DNA of 64,000 bases, from assembly GCA_013239625.1 (NCBI GenBank), contig MU056262.1, positions 3,198,992-3,262,991 of the forward strand, read 5' to 3'. This stretch comes from Lama guanicoe (lineage: Eukaryota). The notes beneath the pieces were generated by a model. It saw only the letters and a list, made by a program, of their open reading frames with translations, did not search any database and was not told where the DNA came from. Both the position numbers and the translations under genes were made by a program. Shown here piece after piece: positions 1 through 10,908 of this stretch (its first letter is position 1; the number at the start of each line of letters is the position of its first letter).

Positions 1-140
1 TCATNNNNNNNNNNNNNNNNNNNNNNNNNNNNNNNNNNNNNNNNNNNNNNNNNNNNNNNNNNNNNNNNNNNNNNNNNNNNNNNNNNNNNNNNNNNNNNNN
101 NNNNNNNNNNNNNNNNNNNNNNNNNNNNNNNNNNNNNNNN

Positions 141-771
141 TTACCATGTGACCCAGGAATCCTGCTCCTGGGCATGTAGCCAGAAGGAACCCTACTTCAG
201 GANNNNNNNNNNNNNNNNNNNNNNNNNNNNNNNNNNNNNNNNNNNNNNNNNNNNNNNNNNNNNNNNNNNNNNNNNNNNNNNNNNNNNNNNNNNNNNNNNN
301 NNNNNNNNNNNNNNNNNNNNNNNNNNNNNNNNNNNNNNNNNNNNNNNNNNNNNNNNNCATTTGCAGCAACATGGATGCTCCTGGAGAATGTCATTCTAAG
401 TGAAGTAAGCAGAAAGAGAAAGAAAAATACCATATAAGATCACTCATATGTGGAATCTAAAAAAAAACAAACAAAGCATAAATACAAAACAGAAACAGAC
501 TCACAGACCTAGAATACAAACTTGTGGTTGCCAAGGGGGCAGACAGTGGGAAGGGATAGACTGGGATTTCAAAATTGTGGAATAGATAAACAAGATTATA
601 CTGTATAGCACAGGGAAATATATACAAGATCTTATGGTAGCTCACGGAGAAGAAAATGTGACAATGAATATATGTATTGTTCATGTATAACTGAAAAATT
701 GTGCTCTACACTGGAATTTGACACAACATTGTAAAATGATTATAAATCAGTAAAAAAATGTTTAAAAAAAA
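141..771 (+). mobile_element. LINE-1 3' portion (end of ORF2 + 3' UTR + A-tail), young cetartiodactyl/camelid type, interrupted by an N-gap
   Basis: TTACCATGTGACCCAGGAATCCTGCTCCTGGGCAT, CATTTGCAGCAACATGGATG...ATTCTAAGTGAAGTAAG, ATATGTGGAATCTAAAAAAA and a typical 3' UTR (ACTGTATAGCACAGGGAA...) ending in an A-run at ~764-771. Confidence 0.9.
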
Positions 772-1164
772 GAGAAATTCTATAGTTTCTGAGGTTAAGG
801 TAAAGCAAATCACATAAGCTCTTCCATCTTTCTGTACGAAACAGAAAAACTAAAAATTCCCTTCCTTGTTTCAGTATTGTTTTTTTTTTCCCTCCTCCAA
901 AAACCCAATTCTCAATTCTATTGACATTTTGAGTGAAAGTATCATTCTGGATGTCACAATTGTTTAAGCAGAAAAGCAGCAATGGAGAGAAAGAAAGAAA
1001 GAAGAAGAAAAGAAGCAAACAGAAAGCGAACCGATGTATCTTTGTCTTTAGTGACAGGATTTTTATGCAATGCATGATTTATTAAAGGAATGTGAGCTAT
1101 TCAATCAGGGCAAGAGAGAATGAAAATTCATATCCTGTTTATAATGAGGCTTTGAAAATGATGC

Positions 1165-1400
1165 CAATTCATTAAACAGTTACTTGATGAATATTTATTA
1201 AGAACCTACTATATTCCAGGAATTGTGCTGTGCAGGAGACATGAGCAAACCGGGCACACATCCTTCCTTTCCTGGTGGAGTTTACTCTCTAGTGTGGGAC
1301 ACAGAGAACTCACCATGTGAACAGCTTGCTGAGCGGCAGGGGAATTAAAGAATATTCTCTGTAAAGAATGTGAGATGACCTTTGCTCTTAAGAAATACAG
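1165..1400 (-). mobile_element. L2 3' fragment (degenerate)
   Basis: ATTCATTAAACAG...ATATTTATTAAGAACCTACTATATTCCAGG resembles the antisense L2 3' end; boundaries approximate. Confidence 0.55.
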
Positions 1401-2632
1401 GGCTTTAATAATATTCACTTACATACAAAATGCCAAGTGCTGAAGACTCACTCTTTCAGCTTAGACAATGTGAGTTTCATGTCAGCAGGATCAAAGGATT
1501 AAAAAAAAAAGAAGAAAGGAAGGGAAATAGCCCCTTAACAGGCACAGTCAGTTCTCACTGAGAATTAGAATTCCCTTCCTTGTTTCAGCATCGGTTTTTT
1601 TTCAACTCTTTCAAAAAGTTAGAGACTGTCTTATGATTATCGCCACAAAGTGAAGGGTTTAGGCATCTGGTCTCCTAGTACCCGCTCTCCCATTAGGGCA
1701 GCTCAGTCAATGTCTCTTTTGCTTCTGTACTTTGCTGACTTCAATTAATTGCTTCTCTGCATAACTCTTACTGTGAGAGGATGATTGGGAAGCAAATCAT
1801 CCTTCTGAGTAAGCCTATTATGCCAAGTCCCTTATAGGCTTCTATGCAATTTGTCAAGAGGCAATGTGTGTTGTGGCAAAGGAAGGTGCTGGGGTCTCAC
1901 GCAACAGCCTGCAGCCACTTCCTCCAGGAGGGGAGGCAGTCACAAAACAATAGATCTCCACATTGCAGAGGCAAGATGTGCAAACATACTCTTTTATTTT
2001 TTTCTTTCTGTTCACTTAAAAAAAAAGGGGGGGGGATCTGTTGTGCACCATTGCCTATTTCAGTTTTTCTTTTCTTCTCCAAAAATCTACTTCTCAATTC
2101 CATTGAAATGGTTAATAAAATATAGCTCATGACATCATGGAGCCTCCTTTCTGTCTACAGCAGACGTGGACATTGAAATGGAATCTTGCAAATAAATGTG
2201 CACTCGAGAAAACATTGGAAACCTCTATGTTCCTCAGATCTGGTTACAAGAAGTTTAAACTATAATCCCAGAGTTGTATGATTCCCTGTATCTCTCCCAA
2301 ATTTCTGTGAGTTCCTGGGATATGCTGCCTTGTTCTTCCCTCTACCTCTGTTCTTTCTATGTTACCTGATTTGCTTCTATCCAATGAAAAAATAGTCAGT
2401 TGTTTCATGGATTTCCACCCCAAAACGTCTATTAGCACCCTAGCCATTTTGAGGTTGACTTTAACTGATGATTTTGGGGGTCATGAGGTAAAGACACATC
2501 TTCTGCAAAGTTGCTCAATCTGCGACAACCGACTCTCCCATATCTGCTATCAGCTTCGTCCTCAGTAAGAATATTCTGTTTTTTTTTCAGAGTAGCAATG
2601 TCCACTATTTCCCAGTTTCTCTTTAAGGTGTT

Positions 2633-3168
2633 TGTGGCAGGCATCCTCAAGGATGGCCATCACGAACCCCATTTCCTGCTGTTCATATCCTACGGACTCT
2701 CTTACCCTTGAGTGAAGACTGGAGTTACTGACTTGTAACTAATAAATTGTGGCAGAAATGATGAGCTGTCATTTTGGAGGCTGCCTCATAAAAAGCTGTG
2801 GCTTCCAGGTTGGGTGTTCTCCCATGTTTTTTCGTGGATTGCTTGATCTGGGGAAGCTAGCCCCCAGGCTATGTGGCAGCCCCATGCTGAGGCCCATATG
2901 TGTGAGCTTGGGAGGGGACATTGTCAGGCCTGACGACACCCTGTGAGTCAGCTTGGGTGTAGGTCCTCCCCACATTGAACCACGAGATGACTGCAGCCCC
3001 AGCCAACACTTTGATTGCAGCCTTGTGGGAGGTCCTGAGCCAGACCCACTGTCCAAGATGCTCTCAGATCCCTGCCCTGCAGGAATTTCACAGTAATAAA
3101 TGTTTGTTGTTTCAAGCTGTTAATCTGGGGGGTGGATAATTTGTAATGCAGCAGTGGATAAAAATACA
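2633..3168 (+). mobile_element. Solo MaLR LTR, MLT1F-like, full length with 5-bp TSD
   Basis: Begins TGTGGCAGGCATCCTCAAGGATGGCC; has CCAGCCAACACTTTGATTGCAGCCTTGTG and AATAAATGTTTGTTGTTTCAAGC; ends ...AAAATACA; GTGTT on both sides (2628-2632, 3169-3173). Confidence 0.9.
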
Positions 3169-3424
3169 GTGTTCGATTCAGTTGACCAAATAGTGGTTGG
3201 CCACATATAAGGAGTGCACTTCCAGTACTGTTATTCAATGCATTGAGGGTAGAAAGAAGAATTGGAAATTATCTCTGCCCTCAAAGAGCTTCTGATCTCA
3301 GGAGTAGAAATCAGGATTTTAGATGAATAGAAAGTAAAAAGAAGAAATCTAATCAGGGGAATATCTGATCTTTTTTTCCTCTGGTCTCTCTTTAGACTGT
3401 TTCATTTTGATTCCTATCAGTTTT

Positions 3425-3491
3425 TTTTTTAATTGAAATATGGTCAGTTACAATGCATCAGTTCCTGGTGTACAGCATAATGTCCCAGCCA
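3425..3491 (-). mobile_element. Extremely 5'-truncated young L1 (3' tip only) with TSD
   Basis: Poly-T then AATTGAAATATGGTCAGTTACAATG...CTGGTGTACAGCAT (antisense L1 3' terminus); flanks CCTATCAGTTTT / CCTATTAGTTTT. Confidence 0.75.
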
Positions 3492-4399
3492 CCTATTAGT
3501 TTTATTAATGTGCTTAAATCAAATGGTGAGTTTTATAGGGAAAACTAAGATCATTCTCTGTATATATCGTCAGGGAAGCAGGCCAGATTTCAGCACCGCT
3601 GTAGTAAGTAACTGGGACTATGGTGCCTTAATTTTTCCTGCTGGAATCACACTTACATTTGACAAGGTTGTTTTGTGCCAAACTTAAGCAGCTTAGCCAG
3701 CGTAAGAAAATCTCAAGACAGCACTGTGTCGCAAGTCTGCACTCAGCATTATAAAGCGTACCTTGATTTCCTTTGTTTTATTGTTTATTGTTAAATGTGT
3801 TAGCTTTGAGATTAAACTGTTTCACCAAAAAGCACACAGATTTGGACGCAACCTTGCTAAAAAGCTGAACTCCGCAGCCTCCTTCCTCATTCTCCTCTGA
3901 GACTCTGTTCCAGCCGGAGGAAAGCCCGTTGCACAGTCTTAGGTCTCCAAGACGCTCCTAACCTCCGGGCCTTAGAACTCACGGCTCCATCCGGCTGGGC
4001 CTCTCTTCTCCGTTCACCTGGGCAAGGCCTACTCATTCTTTAGCCCTGAGATACCACTTCCTCCAGGATGCCACTTAGAAGTGTATTCAGAGAATCCAAC
4101 AGTTCTCCTTTCCCACAGAACCTTTTACATGCTGTCCAATAGTTTGCTTAAATATTAAGACTAGACGTTAGACACCAGAGAGCCCATGGGCTAGACAGTC
4201 TCCAGACATACTTTGGTAAACAAAACAAAAGAAAATGAAAACAAAAAAACAGAACCACTGTTGAATATTTTAAAAGCTTGGGCTCCCAGTCTGCCACTGT
4301 TTCCTATCATCTTGTGAATGACTGACCGGCATCCCCAGTGTGCATTACCTGCCAGCCTCTGTAGGATTTAAACCTGAGACCCGTGACTCGTTGAAAACA

Positions 4400-4512
4400 G
4401 GAATATGTTTTGATCATTTCCAGTCCGTAGCATCTGTCATAGCTCTTTGCATGTGGCATGCACTCTGCAAGCAATTGTTGAATGAATGAATGATGAATGA
4501 GTGAATGAATGC
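4400..4512 (+). mobile_element. L2 3' end with (GAAT)n tail
   Basis: ...AATTGTTGAATGAATGAATGATGAATGAGTGAATGAATG, the typical L2 terminus. Confidence 0.6.
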
Positions 4513-6057
4513 TCAATTTAATTATTAATCAATCAACAGTTGTGCTCTCAGCTCTGTTTGATCAAGGCAGTGTCCTTTCTTAAGCTTTGATCTCTTCAAA
4601 CTGTTTGCCAGCTTTGTTCTCCACAGGGAGCCATTCGTCAAGATTCTGATAAATGAATAGATTCCAAGTGAAATCTAGAAAGCCAGTCGACTCTCCCGTT
4701 CAGTCTCCTCATTCGTATCCCCTTTTTAAAATATTCCTCTTTATTTTGTCCTTATAAATGAGATGTTTTGTGAGATAGTCCTCTTAACTAATTCTGTTAA
4801 TTTTTCAGAAAAGTTCAGAAAAAGGGGAGAACACAGGTGTCACACCTAAAGCTCTTACTCCCGCCAACATTGCCGTGAATAAACATTGTTTTAACAACCT
4901 GCTGTATCAGGCAGGATTTTTGTTTGGCAAAAGTTAAACTGTGAGAAATTGATTGGCTCACTTGAGCTAGAAAGGAGCTGGTTTTAGTGATGACTACAGA
5001 AAAGTAAAGACCTTCTAACTCTTGTTTTTTATTCTCTCTGAACATCAGATTCTTCTTCAGACCAGCGTTCTTACAATATAGGAACCCTGCATTCAAGAGG
5101 TTAAAGCTCAATGCCCTGTCTTTTCTGCTCATACTACTCAAAACTCAGATTAAAAATAGGCTGCTGATTGGTCCAAGGATAAACAAGTGCTCTAAACTGG
5201 GCTAATCACGCTGGTCAGGAAGTTATGATGGTCTCACTCCTGGGTCTGGGGTGCTTTGGCACTTTGATTGGCAAGTGTCTGTAGAACAACATGAATTTGA
5301 AGGGAATTTCATAGAAGCCAGAGGTGGGTGCATAGGTCTCAGCTATTCTGCACACAAAAATAAATGAATGAACACTACCACTGCCTGTGTGCCAGGGAGT
5401 GTGAATAAAATGTGGTCTATGCCAGCAAGGAATGTTCAATTAAATTGTGGTGACAGGTCATATAATTATAAGTAATTAGGAATGAAATTTAAACACAAAA
5501 CCAAGTGTTGTTAGAGTTTTATGCTGCAGGTGAGCATAACTCATTGTAATTTTCTTATTCTGTGTACAGCAAATTTTAGCATATATATGTATACAAACAG
5601 AGAGAGAGAGACACTTTCCCTTCCAGATCCCACCCCCCGTCAATCAATCAACATAAGTTCTCTTTAAAACGGATTTGGAACTTAGAGGTAAGAGGTTAGG
5701 AATGAAATCACCTTAGACACAAGAACCCAAACTGGTTATTTTGTGTCTAAGGAAAGAGGCCCATAACATTTTCCCTCCAGGGAGTCAAGTGTACCTTTCT
5801 AGTATTAGTGGAACTACTTTTTTAAAAAGTGTTTTAAGTTTTTCTTACAAACTATTCTCCTTTAGACTCTCTTACAGGCTTCAATGTCACCAGTCTTCTA
5901 ATTTATGTAAAACCCAGCTTTAAGTGTACTGAGAACAATAGGAAAGAGATCATAGCATCCCACGTACACCAGCTAGACTCCCAGGAGTCACCCGGATTCC
6001 TCTTCTTCCCACTCACCCTCGTTTAAGCCTTCACCACATCCCACATAAGGGGTTATC

Positions 6058-6131
6058 CATGTGCAGAACAGTTCCCCACAACAAAGAACTGTCTGCCTCA
6101 AAATGTCAGTAGCTTCAGGCTGAGAAACCCC
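6058..6131 (+). mobile_element. MER20 (hAT-Charlie MITE) terminal fragment
   Basis: CCCCACAACAAAGAACTGTCTGCCTCAAAATGTCAGTAGC...GCTGAGAAACCC matches the MER20 end as recalled. Confidence 0.7.
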
Positions 6132-6798
6132 ACCGCAGAGTTGTCCTTCAAAGACTATCCCATATGTGCCCACTGCTGTCCCTCTCCAAGGCGTCCATCG
6201 TCTCTCCCGGGAGCCGTTTCCATCACCTCCTTGTTGGTTTCACTCACTGCGCTCTTGTCCCCGCTACCTCATTCTCCACAAAGCAGCCATAGCGAACTTT
6301 CGAAAGTATAACACTGTCTTGTGAATGCTGCTTAGCCTTGTCCCATGGTTTATTCTCACACCCAGGGAGAGGTGGACGGACAGGCAGGGAGCAGATCGTG
6401 TAAAATCACGGAAGCCGTGTTCATAAGGGGTTTGAATATTACTCTCATTCTCTTCTCCTTCCTGGGCTCACTATCCTTCTGTCATCTTCCTTCTTTTTTA
6501 AGAATATTCCAAACCTATTCTAATCTCTGGCTTTGGTACCTTTTGAACCTTCTGTCTGAAGTGCCCTTTCTCCACATGTCTGCTGAATTCACCAGTTCTC
6601 AAGAGAGACTGTCCCCATCTCTTTTGAAACTGCCTCATGCCCTGTTGCTTTCAATTCAGAGCTATCTGATTTTTATTTCTGTATTTTAAATTTATCTTCT
6701 TTTTTTACCCTCTTGGAGAATATTACCTGAAGTAATGATGATTTCTAGATCATGGTAAGAATTCTTTCATCATTCTTACACTTCATGGTGAAAGCCAG

Positions 6799-7092
6799 TG
6801 TAGTAGCAGAAAAACAGTCCCCAGATATGCCCACATTCTAATCCCAGGAACCTGTCAATACATCAGGTTACAAGGAAAAGAAGGATTAAGTTACAGCTGG
6901 AATTGAAATCGCTGATCAGCTGACCTTGAGATGAGATTATCTTGCGCTATCCGGGTGGCCCAGTACAATCACCAGCTCTTTACAAGTGGAAGAGGGAGGC
7001 AGAAGAACCAGTGTCAGGATGATGAGATGTGAGAAAGGTTCAGCTGGCCACTGGGGGCTTTTTGATATGAAGGACCTTCCAGCCAAGTAATA
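6799..7092 (+). mobile_element. MaLR LTR, MLT1D-like, 5' part
   Basis: TGTAGTAGCAG...CCACATTCTAATCCCAGGAACCTGT...CAGCTGACCTTGAGATGAGATTATC...GTGGAAGAGGGAGGCAGAAGA. Confidence 0.8.
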
Positions 7093-7260
7093 CAGACATA
7101 CGTTGTTTTATTACACTCAGGAGATTTTGTGTTTTTTACAAATTGAAGGCTTGTGGCCACCCTGTGTTGAGCACGTCTGTTGGTGCCGTCTTTCTAACCG
7201 AATTTGCTCCCTTCGTATCTCTGTCACATTTTGATAATTCTTGCAATATTTCAAAATGTT
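7093..7260 (+). mobile_element. Tigger1 (TcMar) 5' end, running into an N-gap
   Basis: After TA (7091-7092): CAGACATAC...TTTTTTACAAATTGAAGGCTTGTGGCCACCCTG...CACATTTTGATAATTCTTGCAATATTTCAAA, matching the Tigger1 left end. Confidence 0.85.
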
Positions 7261-9558
7261 NNNNNNNNNNNNNNNNNNNNNNNNNNNNNNNNNNNNNNNN
7301 NNNNNNNNNNNNNNNNNNNNNNNNNNNNNNNNNNNNNNNNNNNNNNNNNNNNNNNNNNNNNNNNNNNNNNNNNNNNNNNNNNNNNNNNNNNNNNCCATAG
7401 CTTCAAATTATTTTATTTTCTTGGACAAAAGAAATGATTAAATAAAAGATTAAATATTCAACTAAAGATAAAGAACAAAGATTCTGAGGGGGAAAAATGG
7501 CAAATATAAAAGCAAGTTCCAATACTTTGAAATATATAGAATGAGTGGCATTGATGAAAATATCTAGTAATTGTTTCTTTGGAAAATAGATATATGTCTG
7601 GAATTATAATTTTTTATATTTAAGGTAAATAGATAAGTAATTTAAGGTAAGAAAATGAATAGAACCATTGTCTGAGTTGAGATTTAAAACGATGCAAACA
7701 ATAAAATTATCGTTATTCATAAATGTGATGATATTTAATTCTTTTATTACTTTCATCAATGTTGACTTTATATTAATATATTACATTGTTTGGGGCTATA
7801 GAAAAACAAAATTATCAGAACAAGTCGTGTGGACAGACGTCTCCTTGGAAGGTATCCATGTACACACCTCCATGTGCTGGAGAACTTCTGGTGAACTACA
7901 ACTCACTATTTTAAATATTTTTCCAAAGCAAAAAGCAAAAGAAATGTATAGTAACACTGCATGGGCATGCCTTCAAGCAGAAGATAGAGATCCTACTCAG
8001 AAAATTCTGGAACTATGGACACCTTATGTAGACTTTTAAAAGGTCTTGTGCAGATTTTCCTTGGCAGAGTGACAAATCCCAGTAGCAAATAACTTACTAG
8101 AGTTGTCTCTTAATGTGCGATCTGGTGTATTAAACACTGAGAAAATAATGACAAGACTGCAAGTCAGCATAAATAAGACCAGAAGAAAGATCTCACCCAC
8201 TAGCAAAGGAATGGTTCTGTGCTGAAAGGAGTGAATGGATAATGACTCCCTTGGTGGCTCCTCTGTCTAAACAGCTGTAGAGTTTATGTTTTTATTCATT
8301 CCTTCGAATGCTACTAACTTCAAAACTCCATGGAATAGATTAACATACCCAGTGTCTTTCTAAAAAATTGTCACATCTCGCTGTATGTGGCCTTGTGACC
8401 ACAACATTTGATTTCAGATGGCTAACTGTGGGTGCTTTTCTGGGCAGACAGGGCTGAATGCTCTGTGCTTAACTGGATTTTATGACTAACCAAGCCATCG
8501 GAATACAGAAGGAAAGAATCTACTATTTACAGATTTATCGTCTAAAGATGTTCCATAACTTGTAATTAATTGAATGCCACGTACTTAGCGCAGTAGATGA
8601 CTGCCAAAACTTGTGGTTCTGCCTGCATAGCAACTTGTTAAGCATTCGATTTCCTGGTGAAAAAGTCAGTTCCTTTTTTTTTTTTTTTCTATTTAAATGA
8701 AATGGATTGTTTGTACTTCTTTCTGTCTGTGTATGTGTGTGTACATGCTGTTAGTTCGTAGATTCAGAGAGTGCACCTCCCGTGTTAAACAAGGAGGTCC
8801 TTGGACTTGGGTGGCTCTGATTCGTGGAGGCCTGTGTAAGTAAACCAACATTTAACCCTGTAAATGCCTCAAGGTTATGCAATCAAAACACCAAACAGCC
8901 AACGAGGCTTCAGTCTCCAGTCAAACAGGTAGTTCCCTTTCTTGGCTCCCGCCCTGTGTCCGTGTAAGTCTTTTCTCTGGCTCCTGTCTGAAATGCACAC
9001 TGAACCACTCCTGTTTGGCGCTGCCCGATTCAAACTGCTTTTTGCTCAAATGCACTCAGCATTTTTTTATAAGCCTGGGTTTATCTTTGAACATGACTCT
9101 TCTGAGGAGGTGCTACTTTGAGGCTGCCACTCAAGCAAGTCCTGTTTTAATCGTCGGAGAAGCAAGCCTGGAAGTAATCGGTTGCTGTGGCATTTCTCAG
9201 CCACTGTGTGAGGAGTTCTGCAATTTATTACTGTTAATAAAGTTTTGAGGGTTAATGATACATTTTTTAAAAAAAGTATGACCAAACAAATGTTTCATTA
9301 ATTAAACAATAATTGATGCATTCGTATAGATTTATTGAATACCTTCAATGGGAATGGGAAGTTTTTAAGCCAGGGGGTTGATAATTTTATATTTGTTAAA
9401 ATCTATGGGAAGCTGGGAACATGTAATCTTCATTCAGCATTGACTTGGTTCTAATTCAGGGTGAAAACTGCTGAATCAAAGAGCATAGAGAGGTGATGTC
9501 ATTGCAGAGCTGATTCTGAAACTCTAAATATGAACTTCTAGGATTCCTGGAACAGTGA

Positions 9559-9614
9559 TTTTTTTTTAATTGAAGTATAGTTAGTTTACAGTGTTGTGTC
9601 CATTTCTGGTGTAC
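9559..9614 (-). mobile_element. Very short L1 3' tip
   Basis: T-run then AATTGAAGTATAGTTAGTTTACAGTGTTGTG...TTTCTGGTGTAC; same family as 3425-3491; no clear TSD. Confidence 0.7.
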
Positions 9615-9804
9615 TAATTCTTCTTAAAATGTATTTCATTTTTAATATTGTTACTTTTGGTCTGCTTTCTTAGAAAAAAGTGAATAGATTGGGGGCTGAT
9701 TGAATCACTGTTCTTGAGCACAATATCAGAGAAATAACTTTTTATATTGTTCTTTGTATATTCTCTTGTATTTTTGCTCACATGAACAATTTTTGGTAAG
9801 AACT

Positions 9805-9990
9805 GCAGGGTTTAGGATGACATTTAACGTCAGAAAGACACTCTTGATATTTATGAACCGTGTAACCTTGAGCAAGTAAATAATCCTCAGAAAGTCTTAC
9901 ATGTGGACAGGGATCATCATATCTATCTCAAAGGGGTGTAATGAGGGTAAATGAGACAATATTCAAAAAGGCACATAAATGGGTATCACA
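9805..9990 (+). mobile_element. MIR SINE (degenerate)
   Basis: GTGTAACCTTGAGCAAGT core; ATCTATCTCAAAGGGGTGTAATGAGGGTAAATGAGACAAT. Confidence 0.65.
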
Positions 9991-10786
9991 TATTGAAGTC
10001 CTCCCATTACTCATAAAGGACCGCCATCTCTGGTCTAAACTCATTGTGCCAAACATTTCAGAATTTAGAACTTAGATAATATTGAGCACACATTCCATAT
10101 TTTTTTGCACTGACATATTAATAACTCAATAATTTTTGAATCTTAAGACAGGTTTTAAAAATACTACAGTTGACTTACATCCTTTGGAGTCAGGTCCTGC
10201 CACAAAAATGAATGTAGATCAGATCGGATTTTGTATTAACAAGCTACAGTACAGTATTATTAAGAGAGATGGGATTTTAGAATGGAAGCTTATCATGTAT
10301 ATGGTAGGAGACAGTCAGGTGTTTGCTAGGCATTTAAAATATACTGTCTCCTAGGTGCATGTTAAATGCCCATCCCTTCTTGACCTTTGCTCTTTTCCTT
10401 CCCCTAATGTGTAGCCCATTTCTAGCTTCCCCAAGGATGTGGACTTCAGTCCCCATGTCTCCCCAGAGCAGAGCTGTAGGTTTCAGCACAAGTTCACACA
10501 GGGCATTGGGCTTCCAAACAGCTTTTACTCCACCAGATTTTCTTCTTTTCCTAAATCTTCTCCTCTTTCTCCCCTCATCTCGTTTCCCCGTTTCCCCCTT
10601 TCTATGAACTTTCTGCTGCAAGACATGTTATTTGGAGTGTCTCTGGTACTTATGTCATTGGATTGAGTCTCATTCACCAGAAATATTCCTTACCAAAAAG
10701 TTTTTTTCCAAATGCTTCCATCATTTTTATCCCCTTTCTGAGTGAATAATGACTGCAGAATCAGGTGAAGGTGGTTTTGGTGCAAA

Positions 10787-10908
10787 CGCATACACATACA
10801 TGTATATACAGAATGATGTATGTATACACGTACATGTGTCTGTATAGTGATATACACACGTGTGTGTATATAGTACACAGACATAGACTATAAATGTATA
10901 CACACACC
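10787..10908. repeat. Alternating purine-pyrimidine (CA/TA/TG) low-complexity tract
   Basis: Seen directly in the sequence. Confidence 0.8.

Noticed and set aside
1-433. ORFs containing X runs, here and at the other gaps
   Set aside because: They are open only because Ns contain no stop codons
3589-3609. REST/NRSE site (TTCAGCACC; another at ~63928)
   Set aside because: Left half only; the GGACAG right half is absent
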